DNA of 63,824 nt from a virus. Its lineage: Duplodnaviria > Caudoviricetes. The position numbers and the translations under genes were made by a program. This document shows, one piece after another, positions 63,074 through 63,824 of this stretch (the stretch's first letter is position 1; each line of letters opens with the position of its first letter). The stretch is taken from positions 1 through 63,824 of IMG/VR virus record IMGVR_UViG_3300048061_000822; one strand, 5' to 3'. The notes beneath the pieces were generated by a model. It was not told the DNA's origin. It did not search any database and was given only the letters and a program-made list of their open reading frames with translations.

Positions 63074-63824
63074 CTAAAATAAACCAGGGATTAACTTAGA
63101 ATTATTATCAATTGAAGAAATCTTTGAGTTTGCATTTAAGCCTGCCTCCACCTGTGGCTGTATACTTGTTACTAATGCACCGGAATCCATGACGATTGGC
63201 TTATCGCCATCTTCGGCATATAAAATAGACCCACCGTCATCTCGGAACATTCTGCCATCTGATACCACTACGGCATTATTTCCAATATTCTGCACCTTAA
63301 TATCAGCATTAGCGGTAACCACTTCGTAGTTCGCATTGTCAATAGCACGCATACCACCAAACCAATTCTCAACTCCATCCTCAGTTGTAGTGGAATACAC
63401 AAAGAATGCATAGATTTCTTTTACACTCGCTGTGCCATCCGCGTCCGATACATCTACTCCCATTGGGTTACTGTAGTCTGCAGTTAATGTACTAACTGCA
63501 CTTCCATTGATTGCGTTAGTATTATAAACTTCGTCTGCAACTTGGCTAACTGATAAGACTAATCCAGTGCTTGTGCCTACTCCTGTGGCCTCCACCGGAA
63601 GCATTGCGGTTACTCCAACTGCGCATGTTACCCGTAATCTAATTACATCGTTTTCTGAAATTTCTGAGTTTGTATAGCTTCCAGTGACATCAATAAATGT
63701 CCCCGCTGTTCCACTAAGTTTTTCAGTATGAACTATTGCACTTTTTGTAACATTATAAATTTGTATTCTTGAGGTGGCTTCTACATTTTTTACAGCCCAT
63801 GGAAGAACGGTGGTATCCTTGTAT
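63074..63824 (-). CDS. 3' part of a virion structural protein (5' end outside window)
   Basis: Frame is open from the window edge (YKDTTVLPWAVKNVEATSRIQIYNV...) through the 176-aa track ORF. Confidence 0.65.
   Translation of the reverse strand, partial: YKDTTVLPWAVKNVEATSRIQIYNVTKSAIVHTEKLSGTAGTFIDVTGSYTNSEISENDVIRLRVTCAVGVTAMLPVEATGVGTSTGLVLSVSQVADEVYNTNAINGSAVSTLTADYSNPMGVDVSDADGTASVKEIYAFFVYSTTTEDGVENWFGGMRAIDNANYEVVTANADIKVQNIGNNAVVVSDGRMFRDDGGSILYAEDGDKPIVMDSGALVTSIQPQVEAGLNANSKISSIDNNSKLIPGLF

Overview
The whole 63.8 kb window reads as part of a tailed, probably temperate dsDNA bacteriophage with a podovirus-like ejection-protein cassette. It has no host housekeeping genes. Both ends are cut inside virion genes, so the genome is larger than the window and probably circularly permuted. 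Layout: (-) capsid start/scaffold/portal/terminase (1-7.3 kb); tyrosine integrase with an attP-like 5' half of tRNA-Thr(UGU) and an RHH/excisionase switch (7.4-9.7 kb); (+) Sak/Rad52, PD-(D/E)XK nuclease, RusA-like, initiator, DnaB, SSB, ParB-like (9.7-16.2 kb); (-) small basic proteins and a collagen/LamG fibre (16.2-21.7 kb); a divergent non-coding region (21.7-22.2 kb); (+) a long early block rich in DNA-chemistry enzymes (HhH glycosylase, RadC/JAB, ligase adenylation domain, Dcm, GP88, AAA+, TGT/DpdA-like, mini-UDG, SNF2, second integrase; 22.2-41.3 kb); (-) phosphoesterase, a 5397-aa polyvalent virion protein, ejection proteins, GNAT and tail proteins (41.3-63.8 kb). The most striking observations are a 20-bp palindrome (TGACCTAA-N4-TTAGGTCA) found about 15 times across the genome, an attP carrying the 5' half of a tRNA plus a candidate promoter, a RusA-like resolvase split over two fully overlapping frames, a coupled DpdA-like/mini-UDG gene pair, and a second 14-bp motif shared by the initiator region and the divergent region. 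All family assignments come from reading motifs by eye; no database search was run.
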